From the NCBI GenBank assembly GCA_963709405.1, contig CAVPXM010000047.1, positions 32,001 to 96,000 of the forward strand: 64,000 nt of DNA, read 5' to 3'. Below are positions 53,157-63,109 of the stretch, one piece after another (position 1 is the first letter of the stretch; each line of letters opens with the position of its first letter). A model generated the notes under the pieces. The model ran no database searches. It saw only the letters and a program-made list of their open reading frames with translations, and was not told the origin of the DNA. Source of the DNA: an uncultured Nitrososphaerales archaeon. Lineage in GTDB: Archaea > Thermoproteota > Nitrososphaeria > Nitrososphaerales > Nitrososphaeraceae. A program made the translations under genes and the position numbers.

Positions 53157-53273
53157 TCAACACACTCTTCTTTCCTTATGGTCTTGAAAATGAATCTCGC
53201 AGAAATCACTGTCACAATCATAACAATGCCACGCCGATAGGGTATAACAAACCACACATTTTCGAAAAGGCAT
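53157..53273 (-). CDS. 38-aa Cys/His-rich zinc-finger microprotein (B-box/HIT-like)
   Basis: Manual translation MPFRKCVVCYTLSAWHCYDCDSDFCEIHFQDHKERRVC*; C-x2-C-x7-C-x2-C-x4-C-x2-H-x3-H-x5-C; below ORF-track size cutoff. Confidence 0.75.
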   Translation of the reverse strand: MPFRKCVVCYTLSAWHCYDCDSDFCEIHFQDHKERRVC

Positions 53274-53516
53274 ATTGTAATCGTAACCTTTTTTTCCTTT
53301 AGATTTTTGTTGCCGGCTACTCCTTCATAAGATGTGCGCACTAATGATATCCGTAACCATAGTTACCATGTCTATATGTCACTATATTTTGCCCTCATAA
53401 TATAAATTCCGTGAAGCTCACGTAAAATCCCAACTACAAAATCACCACAGCATTTGAATTTAAATGTTTGTTTCAACTGCAAGATTTAATTCTAGTGTTA
53501 TAGATCGTGGCCTCTA

Positions 53517-54380
53517 ATGGGTAATGATCCACAAACTCTCATAGAGCTTACGGTGGTAGGGAAAGATCGGAAGGGAGTCGTCGCAGACATCACCAATTTC
53601 ATATTTAGAAATGGTGGCAATGTAGAAAATGTAAACCAGAAAGTTATTCGTGGACTTTTTGGCATGCATTTGGAAGCATCTTTTCCCGAAATTGATAAGA
53701 GTTCACTTAGCAGTGGGCTGAGCGTCTTGTCGAAAAAACTAGATATGGAAATTAGAGTTCATTATGAAGAACCGAACAGGCTCAAGAATATAGCAATTCT
53801 AGTTACCAAGGAAGAACATTGCCTTGAGAAAATTCTATACTCCAGAAAGCGAGGCGAAATTGATGCAAACATTTCCGTCATTATTGGAAACGACGGATCG
53901 TTAAGATCGATTGCAGACGAATTTCGAATTCCATTTCATGTAGTTTCTTACAGTGACCAGATTGATATAGCGGAAAGAAGTATTTTGGATCTGATAGAAC
54001 AATATAATATCGACTTAATAGTGTTAGCAAGATACATGCGAATTTTGACCCCTAACTTTGTTTGGAGATATCCTAATCGGATCATAAATATTCATCCTTC
54101 ACTATTACCAGCATTTCCAGGGGCTCTTGCATACGCTCAGGCATACGAAAGAGGCGCTAAAATAATAGGATGCACCGCACATTTTGTAACAGATGATCTG
54201 GATCAGGGTCCTATAATATGTCAAGACGCCTTCAAAGTGTTAGAAAATGACACATTGGACACTATAAAGTCAAAAGGCAGAGATTTAGAAGCTTCTACTT
54301 TACTCAATGCGATTCAGTTATACCTAGACGGAAGACTAGAAGTTTATTGGGGAAAAGTATTCACAAAATCGCACCCCTAA
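53517..54380 (+). CDS. purU: Formyltetrahydrofolate deformylase
   Basis: N-terminal ACT domain, LARYMRIL, INIHPSLLPAFPG, GCTAHFV..DLDQGPII.Q. Confidence 0.93.
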   Translation: MGNDPQTLIELTVVGKDRKGVVADITNFIFRNGGNVENVNQKVIRGLFGMHLEASFPEIDKSSLSSGLSVLSKKLDMEIRVHYEEPNRLKNIAILVTKEEHCLEKILYSRKRGEIDANISVIIGNDGSLRSIADEFRIPFHVVSYSDQIDIAERSILDLIEQYNIDLIVLARYMRILTPNFVWRYPNRIINIHPSLLPAFPGALAYAQAYERGAKIIGCTAHFVTDDLDQGPIICQDAFKVLENDTLDTIKSKGRDLEASTLLNAIQLYLDGRLEVYWGKVFTKSHP

Positions 54381-54517
54381 ATATTAGATCAAAGGCTAGG
54401 AGATAATCATTGAACTAGATGAGTAGGTATCCCAATCCTTTCATTTCATTTTGAAGTTTTATGAACTCTTGATCTAGATTTAAAGTTGATAAGTGTGTAG
54501 TATATTTATTCCTGTAA

Positions 54518-55225
54518 TTGTCTGTACATATTAGTGAGATTACTGACTTAGACTTTCATAATGCTATTTCTCAAATACAAACAGCAATTATTCCTGTAGG
54601 TTCACTTGAGCAGCATGGTGAGCATCTCCCAATTTCCACTGATTCAATAATTGTTGACTACGTATCTGGGAAGGTGGCGCTGGATATTAACGCATTTAAA
54701 TTGCCAGTAATTTGTTACGGTATCTCGTATGAACATAAGCCTATGTTAAACATTTCGTTACAGAGTTCAACATTACTTGCAATCATCTCTGACATTTGCT
54801 GTTCTTTATCTGAAAATGGAATTAGAAATATTATCATCCTGAACGGACATCATGGCAACTCAGGTATACTACAATATGTATCACAAGATGCTTGTGAAAA
54901 CATTTCGCCACAATGTAATATTTTTGTTTTGAATTATTGGCAGTTTATGTCAGATGATTTTGATCACGCTGGAAACGTCGAAACGTCACTACTGCTTGCC
55001 ATAGCACCGAACCTAGTACAAATGCAAAGGGCAAAACCTAACTCTAAAGAATTGTTAAAATCTAAGATGGCGTACTCAGCTATGACGAGTATTCCGGGTA
55101 GTTTTCCGAGGCTTACCGGTAATGGTGTATGGGGCGATCCTACTGGTGCAAAAGTAGAAAAAGGGATTAAATTACTGCAAGAAATTGTCGACAATATTAA
55201 ATCGGTCATTTTTGAGCTACAGTAA
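54518..55225 (+). CDS. Creatininase-family amidohydrolase (possibly ArfB-like deformylase)
   Basis: PVGSLEQHGEHLP..TD, NGHHGN, DHAG..ETS, GVWGDP. Confidence 0.87.
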   Translation: MSVHISEITDLDFHNAISQIQTAIIPVGSLEQHGEHLPISTDSIIVDYVSGKVALDINAFKLPVICYGISYEHKPMLNISLQSSTLLAIISDICCSLSENGIRNIIILNGHHGNSGILQYVSQDACENISPQCNIFVLNYWQFMSDDFDHAGNVETSLLLAIAPNLVQMQRAKPNSKELLKSKMAYSAMTSIPGSFPRLTGNGVWGDPTGAKVEKGIKLLQEIVDNIKSVIFELQ

Positions 55226-55390
55226 TGACTTAATCGCATTCTGCTTATCCCAGACTAATTTAACTTTTTCTTGATTACTTTAACCCTTTTAGAAGTCCGT
55301 ACATAATTCAACCTTGATCTCAGTATCGATACATACTCAACAGTGAAATTTTAATATATCACCTTGTTATGCCTATTCTACAGGTAGATT

Positions 55391-55627
55391 TTGGCATTGT
55401 CAGTTGATATGGCTGTAAAAGTCTTGGATGAAAGCTTAGGCAAAGTTGTACTCATAAAGCTAAAGGGAGGCAAGGTAATTAGGGGAAGTCTACATGGATT
55501 TGACCAACACATGAATTTATTGTTAGAAAATTCCGTGGAATTACTTCAAGAAAACAAATCTAATGATCTGGGAACTATTGTTGTCAGGGGTGATAACGTT
55601 GTCATCATATCTCCTCCTCCTCAATAA
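55391..55627 (+). CDS. Sm-like RNA-binding protein (SmAP1/Lsm)
   Basis: G.L.GFDQHMNLLL and IVVRGDNVVIISP Sm1/Sm2 motifs; upstream of rpl37e. Confidence 0.93.
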   Translation: MALSVDMAVKVLDESLGKVVLIKLKGGKVIRGSLHGFDQHMNLLLENSVELLQENKSNDLGTIVVRGDNVVIISPPPQ

Positions 55628-55653
55628 CAGCTAGGAAAATTTAGGTGATTTGA

Positions 55654-55824
55654 ATGACGAAAGGCACCACATCGATGGGAAAGTACACAAGAAAAAAGGT
55701 GCACATAAGATGTAGGAGGTGCGGACACAATTCGTTTCACAAGCGAGGAAAGACTTGTTCGAAATGTGGTTATCCTGAGCCAAAAATGCGAAAATACAGT
55801 TGGATAAAAAGAGCGATTTTATAG
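55654..55824 (+). CDS. rpl37e: 50S ribosomal protein eL37
   Basis: Manual translation [41 protein letters not shown]...RKYSW; GGTGA SD upstream; not in ORF track. Confidence 0.95.
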   Translation: MTKGTTSMGKYTRKKVHIRCRRCGHNSFHKRGKTCSKCGYPEPKMRKYSWIKRAIL

Positions 55825-55895
55825 TTTTCAATGATAGCGTCTGTGAGATGGCTAAGGTTTCTGTCGATGCTTGAATCGGAGGCTATACTCAATTT

Positions 55896-56634
55896 TTGCT
55901 AGAACTAGCTGTAATAGCTGTGTCATCAATATTAGGTGCGCTTTCCGTTTCATTTCTTCATGGAAACAAAGTAGTAACAGATAGCATAGATAGGATGAAA
56001 GGTAAAGTCGTCCTACATCCTTTCGAATCTGCGCGTCGTGAACTTGAATCGTTGAAGATTGAGAGAGAATCTTTGGCTGATAAAATCAACAGAGTCTATG
56101 AAGCAACGACCGACGGAAGGATAGATACATTTGAGCGAGACAAGCTCATACTAAATTGCAAAGAAGAAATAGGTTTGCAGAATGTAAGAATTAGGGAATT
56201 AGAAGAAATAAGTAATTATTCTGAGCTTTTGACGCTTCGCTCAGATTTGGTCAGATTGTTCGAGAATAAAATTTCAGAGATCAATAATAAATTAAGGGAA
56301 TTGTCAACCAAGCAAATAATAAATGATGCTACGAGGCTTGAATCAAATGTACCAGGAGGAACAAATCCTCATGAGAAAGAAGAAGAAACTTCCGTTAGCG
56401 AAATAGGCATGGTTACAAATATACAAAAAAATCACCGATCCAGCGAACGTAATTACACAGAAGAGAATATCCGGAAGATTCAAGATGAGATCACTCAGGC
56501 TTTCAGCTGTGTTAGAAAACTCAAATATTCATCCTGATAAGCAGATCACTGAGAATTCCCAACTATCAGATAAAAAAATGAATATTCGCAAGCCCCAGAA
56601 AAGGGATGCGTTATCATTTTTGGATGGATTCTGA
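55896..56634 (+). CDS. Membrane-anchored coiled-coil hypothetical protein, probable +1 frameshift near 56504
   Basis: N-terminal hydrophobic helix, heptad-like body; shifted frame continues QALAVLEN...KRDALSFLDGF* to 56634. Confidence 0.65.
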
Positions 56635-56845
56635 GTCTTAGTTTAGTCGATTCCACTTCCATTAATTGCGTCGCGAATTTATAGAATTTTGGGATTCATT
56701 TCATTCACTTGTATTACATGCGGTTGTATCACTAAGTAATTATAAGTGTCCGACCGAAAGGGTTTGTTGCTGCGATCATCCTATCTGAAGTGGTTAAAAT
56801 GATAAAGCCCATTCTCGGAAAGGTTAAAGTTTCATTGATAATCAT

Positions 56846-57544
56846 TTGCAATTCATGTGCTCATTGATAAATGCTGCGATATGCAAGCTAGCAAAGGACG
56901 TAGTCAATCGATACGTCAAGGAAAATATGACAATTGGACTAGGCAGTGGAAGTACAGTCGCTGCAATTGTCAGAGAGCTAGGATCGTCATCAAGCAAGGA
57001 TTCCTTAAGCTTTATACCTACATCATTACAAATCGAGGTAGAGGCCGAAGAAAGTAACCTCACTATTAAGGACGAAAGCAGAATACCAGAGATTGATATT
57101 GTATTTGATGGAGCTGACCAGATTGATTCAAACTTCAATATGATTAAAGGAGGAGGGGGAGCATTACTCAAGGAAAAGATTATTACATCTGCATCTCCAA
57201 AACTAGTAATTTCGGCAGATTCAAGTAAATATGTCAAATCATTCAGTCACCCCATCCCTATAGAAGTCCACAGGTTTGCCAGGCGAGTAGTCTACGAAAG
57301 GTTAAAGAAAATAGGCGGTCAGCCCTATTTGAGAACTCTAGAAAAAGGATATCCATTCATTACTGAAAGCTCGAATATAATTTATGATACGATATTCGAA
57401 CCTTATGACGACCACAAAAAAAAGGAGATAGAAATTAAAAGTATTCCTGGCATCATGGAGGTTGGACTCTTTACTCGTCGAGCTGATGCATATTACAAGG
57501 CAAAGAAAGATGGCACTTTTGAAATTATTTATAACCATTTGTAG
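56846..57544 (+). CDS. rpiA: Ribose-5-phosphate isomerase A
   Basis: IGLGSGST, DGADQID, IKGGGGALLKEK, PIEV, GIMEVGLF; exact start uncertain. Confidence 0.94.
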   Translation: MQFMCSLINAAICKLAKDVVNRYVKENMTIGLGSGSTVAAIVRELGSSSSKDSLSFIPTSLQIEVEAEESNLTIKDESRIPEIDIVFDGADQIDSNFNMIKGGGGALLKEKIITSASPKLVISADSSKYVKSFSHPIPIEVHRFARRVVYERLKKIGGQPYLRTLEKGYPFITESSNIIYDTIFEPYDDHKKKEIEIKSIPGIMEVGLFTRRADAYYKAKKDGTFEIIYNHL

Positions 57545-58976
57545 GCCTAGCTATGAACTTTCCGTGACCTAAGGTTGTCCTTTCCACTTCGCCATCTTCC
57601 ATGACGACAATTCCTCTAACCATTGTTAAAACAGGCCAACCACTCAATTCCCATCCATCGTATATTGTGTAATCAGAATAAGACCTTAGGAGCTCCGGAG
57701 ACACTTTTTTCTTAAGTGCTAGATCGATAACAATAATGTCAGCATCTGAACCAGGTTGGATAGTGCCTTTCGTTGGATACATTCCAAAGATCCTCGAAGT
57801 GTTATAAGTCGTCACCTCAACCAATCTCTCCAAGCTGATTCTATGTTTGTTTACTCCATTATTGAGCAGTACCGGAATCATGGTTGCAATTCCTGGAAAA
57901 CCTGCCAAAGCAGACCAGATATCTCCGTTTCCGAATTTCATCGATCGTTGGTTGGCAACATGATCCGTACCAACAGTATCAATTTGACCATTCTCTAAAG
58001 CAGACCAAATGCGTTGCAGATCACTTTTTGATCTGATAGGTGGAACTACTTTGCCAAGAATGCTACCAAAGTCAGTACTGTGAGTAAGATAATGTGGACA
58101 AGTTTCAATATATAATTTGCCCTTTCCAATTCCCTTCCTCCTTTCATGCAAGATCGTTTCAGCAGCTTGTCCAGAACCAATATGTACGAAGTATAAATTT
58201 GAACCAAATCGTCGTGCTAGCGAAGCGGCTTTGGTTATGCTTCTTGATTCCGATAGGGCTGGTCTACATTTAGACCAGGTTTCCAAGCCGAAATCAGTCT
58301 CGTGTCTGCTTTTCGCTGCTTTATGCATGTATTCTGCACAGATCAACGGGTCTTCTGCATGAACCATTGTTAGCGAATTAATTCTTGATGCGGCCATCAA
58401 TATTGAAGAAAATAATTTATCATCCATATTCACTTCTCTCTCATCCGGTGCGTTTGATTCAGGCTCAAGATCCATGAAAATATGATTGAGCTCTCCTCCA
58501 AGGTTCATATAGACTTTAAACGAGGTGATCCCGAACTTTTTTGCAAGATAAGACATGTCTCGAACCTGAGAGGGATACAGAATTGAAGCGTGAATGGAAT
58601 AATCAACACGATGGTTCCCGTTACTTGCTACAAGCTGTTTTTTGATATCTCTGTAGCTGCCCGATAATCTTAACATTCGCATCATAGTTGTTACGCCTCC
58701 AATTGAGGCCGATGTGGACTCTGTCCTTGCAGACTCCTCTATTGGTCTATATACACCGTAGTGGACATGTGGATCTATCGCTCCTGGCAGTATATATTTG
58801 CCCTCGGCATTTATTCTTCGAGAAGCTTGAATGCTATCGATTGATCTCTTGAGTGACTTAACCTTACCGTTCTCGATGATGATATTCGTTTGCACGATTC
58901 CAAGCCCTGGAATAACCACGCCTTTAGCGTTAGTGATTATAATGTCACAGGTGTTTTCCATATTATTAGATGGCAT
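57525..58976 (-). CDS. Cyclic amidohydrolase (dihydroorotase/dihydropyrimidinase/allantoinase family)
   Basis: PGAIDPHVH, GGVTT, SFKVYM, VHAED, ETCPHYL, GTDH, GSDAD. Confidence 0.88.
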   Translation of the reverse strand: MPSNNMENTCDIIITNAKGVVIPGLGIVQTNIIIENGKVKSLKRSIDSIQASRRINAEGKYILPGAIDPHVHYGVYRPIEESARTESTSASIGGVTTMMRMLRLSGSYRDIKKQLVASNGNHRVDYSIHASILYPSQVRDMSYLAKKFGITSFKVYMNLGGELNHIFMDLEPESNAPDEREVNMDDKLFSSILMAASRINSLTMVHAEDPLICAEYMHKAAKSRHETDFGLETWSKCRPALSESRSITKAASLARRFGSNLYFVHIGSGQAAETILHERRKGIGKGKLYIETCPHYLTHSTDFGSILGKVVPPIRSKSDLQRIWSALENGQIDTVGTDHVANQRSMKFGNGDIWSALAGFPGIATMIPVLLNNGVNKHRISLERLVEVTTYNTSRIFGMYPTKGTIQPGSDADIIVIDLALKKKVSPELLRSYSDYTIYDGWELSGWPVLTMVRGIVVMEDGEVERTTLGHGKFIARPTNGYK

Positions 58977-59251
58977 TCGTTGTGTTCTGCTTAGTATTTA
59001 ATAACTCGCATGATAGCGTATCTACCATATACCTCGGAATAGAATTTTAGTTGTCTGGTTCGTGAAGAAACAGGATATCTGATAGAGAGCCAGATCAAGC
59101 ATTTTAGCACCCTGACCGCGAGACTACTAGCAAATTTTCGTCTCCCGAGCTTTTGTTACAGTTAACATTTGAGCAATATTACACATTTTCCATAAAGAGT
59201 GAAATGCTGAACACGAAATCCAGATATTAGTGAATATTTATTAGCAATAAT

Positions 59252-59557
59252 TTGATGGCTAAAGATACATCTTCGGCGGCTTCAAGCACGATCCCATTCC
59301 CTACTTTAACGATTCTATACATACCAAACAAGGCCGAAAGTTTGATCGAAGAGATAGGCGAAAAGTATTGTAATATGACTGCTGAGGAGTGCAAGGGATT
59401 CTTTCATGGTGGAATCCAAAGAGAATATAAGAAAATAACTATATGGAGTCAGGGGATTGACAGTTTATGGTTTAATGCCATCATAGCCAAGATAAAGGAA
59501 CTTGCCAATATAGAATACGTCCCTATCGTATCTGGGGGCATGATGTATTCTGTCTGA
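59252..59557 (+). CDS. Hypothetical protein (about 100 aa)
   Basis: Only sizeable ORF in the gap with protein-like composition; AT-rich box upstream; no family recognised. Confidence 0.6.
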   Translation: MMAKDTSSAASSTIPFPTLTILYIPNKAESLIEEIGEKYCNMTAEECKGFFHGGIQREYKKITIWSQGIDSLWFNAIIAKIKELANIEYVPIVSGGMMYSV

Positions 59558-59757
59558 TTGTTCATCATGTCCAGAGACGTCGTTATGATGCTATAATATT
59601 TCGATCTAAGAAATTGCTTTGATTGGCTAGTTCTATAATCTGAATCTAAAAACTTGATATTTGATGTCAATCTATCTATCTTTGAGGCTAAAATAGATTA
59701 GCAATTGAAAATGGGTGCTCGCATGAAGGAAACAACATATTCGTTTTTAGCTATCTT

Positions 59758-59850
59758 TAGCCCGGCCCAGATTCGAACTGGGGTCAAAGGCTCCAAAGGC
59801 CTCTATGCTTGGCCACTACATTCGGCGGATCAAAGCTCCACTACCGGGCT
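59758..59850 (-). tRNA. tRNA-Gln(TTG) with 20-nt intron at position 10/11 (59821-59840)
   Basis: Acceptor AGCCCGG/CCGGGCT (A1-U72), anticodon arm GAGGC-CTTTGGA-GCCTT, T arm CCCAG-TTCGAAT-CTGGG; insert bounded by a bulge-helix-bulge. Confidence 0.92.
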
Positions 59851-59889
59851 TCCGGGCGTAAATTGTTATAATGTGCTATCTTTATAATG

Positions 59890-60954
59890 TTACGCACAAT
59901 CTCTTATGAAAGACAGCAACTTAATGAGGGGATCCTCCATATTGTCAAGCGTTCGCTTAGCAATTTTTTTCTGTCTAGCCGCATAAGCTTCACTCTGGAG
60001 CATCTTTCTAACTAATATTAGCAGATCGTGAGCGTTTGAACTTCGTTTGGCTAACCCAGAACGTACGAGGTATTTCTCGACATAGAATCGAAATGGTGAA
60101 ATAGATATCGTGGGCTTTCCAAGTAGCGCAGCCTCTGTGGTCATTGTTCCTCCAGCTCCAATGAATAGGTCAACAGAGCAGATCAATGAGACGCCATCTA
60201 CAACATTTTTTATTACTCGCGCTTTGTCTCCATACCGCTTTTCAACGTCACTAACCTGGTCCTGATATCTGCAGAGAATAATAATATTAGTTGATTGGGA
60301 TAAATTGTTTACGAGATTATCGACCATCGAAAGGCTACTATTGAGCTTGTTATCGGCAATATAGGAGGCCTTTAATTCTTCCAGTCTGATTAAAATATTT
60401 TTTCTATCTGTTTCCAAAGTTAAATCATTATTCAGATTGGCAGAAGCGGTATGCGAATCTCTTTTCAGCCATACTACTGGATCAAGAGCTCTATACATCG
60501 TTATTAATCCCCTTGAAATGCCACTTCCTTCCCATGCCGAAATTGGGATAACCCATGGACAAAAGAGGCGATTTAATAGAGGGATTGTAAGCTTTGTGAC
60601 TGCGGTTGCATGAGGTGAATCATTAAAGCCTATCTGCTTAATCCCAAGGCCGAATGCAACCCTGCCGCATTCTGGTGACGAGAAGGAGATAGCAACTGAC
60701 GGTTCGAATTTTTTTACTTCATAAGCCAGTTTAAATATTCTACTGGCACTTTCACGTAGCTTTTCATATCTTTCTGCCCCTCCGTGCCTTCCTATTATCT
60801 TTAGGCTAAGATGCTTCATACGAGCTAGTTCGACAGCTTCTCTATATTGCCTCGAGGTGCAAAGGAGCTCATGTCCCTGCTCTTTTAGGGTATCAATAGC
60901 TGGCTTAAAAAACATAACCTGCTTAGGCGTCAAAATGTCAAACCAAATCCTCAA
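59890..60954 (-). CDS. DUF354 family protein (GT-B glycosyltransferase-like)
   Basis: MRIWFDILTPKQVMFF, IGRHGG, FNDSPHA, GAGGTMTTEAALLGKPTIS. Confidence 0.85.
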   Translation of the reverse strand: MRIWFDILTPKQVMFFKPAIDTLKEQGHELLCTSRQYREAVELARMKHLSLKIIGRHGGAERYEKLRESASRIFKLAYEVKKFEPSVAISFSSPECGRVAFGLGIKQIGFNDSPHATAVTKLTIPLLNRLFCPWVIPISAWEGSGISRGLITMYRALDPVVWLKRDSHTASANLNNDLTLETDRKNILIRLEELKASYIADNKLNSSLSMVDNLVNNLSQSTNIIILCRYQDQVSDVEKRYGDKARVIKNVVDGVSLICSVDLFIGAGGTMTTEAALLGKPTISISPFRFYVEKYLVRSGLAKRSSNAHDLLILVRKMLQSEAYAARQKKIAKRTLDNMEDPLIKLLSFIRDCA

Positions 60955-61062
60955 TGACAGGGATAATAGATCCTATTATAGAATAAAGCTTTTCCTTAAT
61001 GTTTTTTATATATAGCAATGCATGAATAAATAAATGCGTGCGGAAGAGGTAGGAGCAATTAG

Positions 61063-62230
61063 TTGAGCCTTCGGCAATCATCGTTATCTACCGCCGTATA
61101 TGGTCTAAGCACTGAAGGGTATAGAATTGCGTCTTCTATTGCAATCAAGGGTTTAAAGGTTTCATTGATTGATGAATCTGCTCGCGTGGCGATAGCAATA
61201 AAGCCGGATATTGCACGTAATTACCCCAACGTAAATTCTCTTATAGATGACGAGTCCTTATTGGGTCTTGAACCGATCGATATTGCTATCAGTACAGCAT
61301 CTTACATCTTTTTCGCCCCAAAAATTCGCAAAATAGGACAAGATGTCAAGAGTGATGTTATGTCCAAGTTTAGAGATGCCATAAAGAACTTAAGAAAGGG
61401 ATCATCATTCATCTATGCTTTACCGACTGGGATCGGTGGAAATGATGAAAACATAGCACTCATGGAACATCTAACAGGAATGAATGTCGGAGATGATATA
61501 AATTACTATTATATGCCAATTTGCAATAGTAATATTTCTACACCTGATCTTTTGGTTGGTTCCATACGATCAAGACAGGATGCACAAATGGAACGGTTGC
61601 TTCTTGATTCTGACACAAACACTAGGTTAAATTTTGTGGATATCCTTTCTGCTGAATTAGCACATTCGATGAGAATTCTTGAGCACTATACTGGCCTGGC
61701 AAGTATCTTAGAAATATGTAAGCAAGTAGACGATGTTCACATAAGTAATGAGTTGATGTCAAATCCCCTTAGGAATGTTTACCTTGACGAAGTAGCAAAT
61801 GGCTTATACGATTTACGTGCGATAGGCAGCATCGTTGGGTGGTGCTGGCCCGTTGATGTATCTTGTTAACGGCACAATAAAAGGAACTGAAGCATATATC
61901 AAGCACCTCATAGATGAAGTGAGGGATGTCCTAAAGAAGCGCGATCTAAAAGCAAGTAGAACAAAAGTCGTGATTAAGTGGAGTTTAGACCTAAATGAGA
62001 TGAGAGGGGACAAATTGGATTTGTTGTTGTCACTAGAGTCCAAATTGAAGGATTACATAGGTGATGTGGAATTGCATAACGGACCTTCATTAGATCTATA
62101 TCCTAGTGACAAGACAATTATAATTATTACGTGTTCAAAAGACGACTATGCTAGGTTGGAAGCCGAAGGTACTAGTAACAAAGAATGCATAATAATGAAG
62201 GCAAATCCTGTTTGTGAGATAGTTGGCTAA
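61063..62230 (+). CDS. Degenerate UDP-glucose/GDP-mannose dehydrogenase-like protein, +1 frameshift near 61825
   Basis: N-terminal Rossmann-like AVYGLSTEG, SAELAH (cf. xAExxK), C-terminal domain EMRGD (cf. DxRxS); two overlapping ORFs. Confidence 0.6.
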
Positions 62231-62441
62231 TGCATGATAAATTCAGATTAACCATCAAGCTAGTTGAGCAAGATAGGATGCGTTAACATGTCACGAAAAG
62301 AGAGCAGCCTCATGAAATGTACCTGAGATAAATATCTAACAGACATTTCGTAATTAGAGGAGCAAGATCTGAGTACTTTCTGCCAAAGGTTAGCGCTCCT
62401 ATTGGATAAACAGCTGTATATGAAATTTAGGCTAGATTATA

Positions 62442-63027
62442 TCAACTCTTCCGTGACGCATTCCATTTATCTCTCTTGATGTCGTACTCTTCTCGAGAGT
62501 AGCATACTCTTGCTGGATGCCCCATAACAACTGTATCAGCAGGAACATCCTTCGTTACAACCGCTCGCCATGGCTATTACACTATTTTTTCCTATCCTGA
62601 CTCCAGGCTTTATAACAGCTCGACTACATATTATTGCTCCATCTTCTACGATGACACCTATCAGGTTGGGACTCAACGGATAGGGATCGTTAGTAAAAGT
62701 AGCGCCTGGACCTATAAACACATTTTTGCCTATCGATGTCAGTGGAGGAATATATACTGAACCCTCGATTCTGGTATTTTCACCGATCCTAACGGAATAG
62801 TCTACGTGGGTAAGAGAACCTATTACCACGTTATCGCTTATTTCAGTATTGCCTCCGATATATGCGAAATGCCAAATCTTAACATTCTTCCCGATCTTAG
62901 CACTTCTAGCAATGTAGTTAGTTACCTTATCGTCTTTATTCTGTTGGAATCTATCAAAATCAACCGTAGCATTATCGTTACGATCATTATCGTTTTGATT
63001 ACCTGTAGCATTCTGATAGTCATTCAT
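62442..63027 (-). CDS. Hexapeptide N-acetyltransferase (WbpD/WlbB-like), +1 frameshift near 62566
   Basis: IGKNVKIWHF, VFIGPGATFTNDPYP; shifted frame gives AVVTKDVP..VVMGHPARV ending 62442. Confidence 0.85.
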
Positions 63028-63109
63028 TTCCTATCCATCCCCAATCCATTTTTTCATCCATCGCTCATTTTTTTATATATCCGTTTTCGTTTAATACTTA
63101 TCGCTGCTA

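Noticed and set aside
53150-53341. 63-aa ORF from the track
   Set aside because: Shadow of the 38-aa zinc-finger ORF in another frame on the same strand.
55631-55831. 66-aa minus-strand ORF
   Set aside because: Antisense shadow of rpl37e.
59705-59887. 60-aa plus-strand ORF
   Set aside because: Antisense to tRNA-Gln.
2492-62570. Mass pseudogenisation or programmed frameshifting in mdh, accC, rpoA, tbp, rps11, sdhB, hisS, infB, glmM and others
   Set aside because: Many are essential single-function genes, each has one isolated +1 base with no further decay and no slippery heptamer; assembly error is far more likely.
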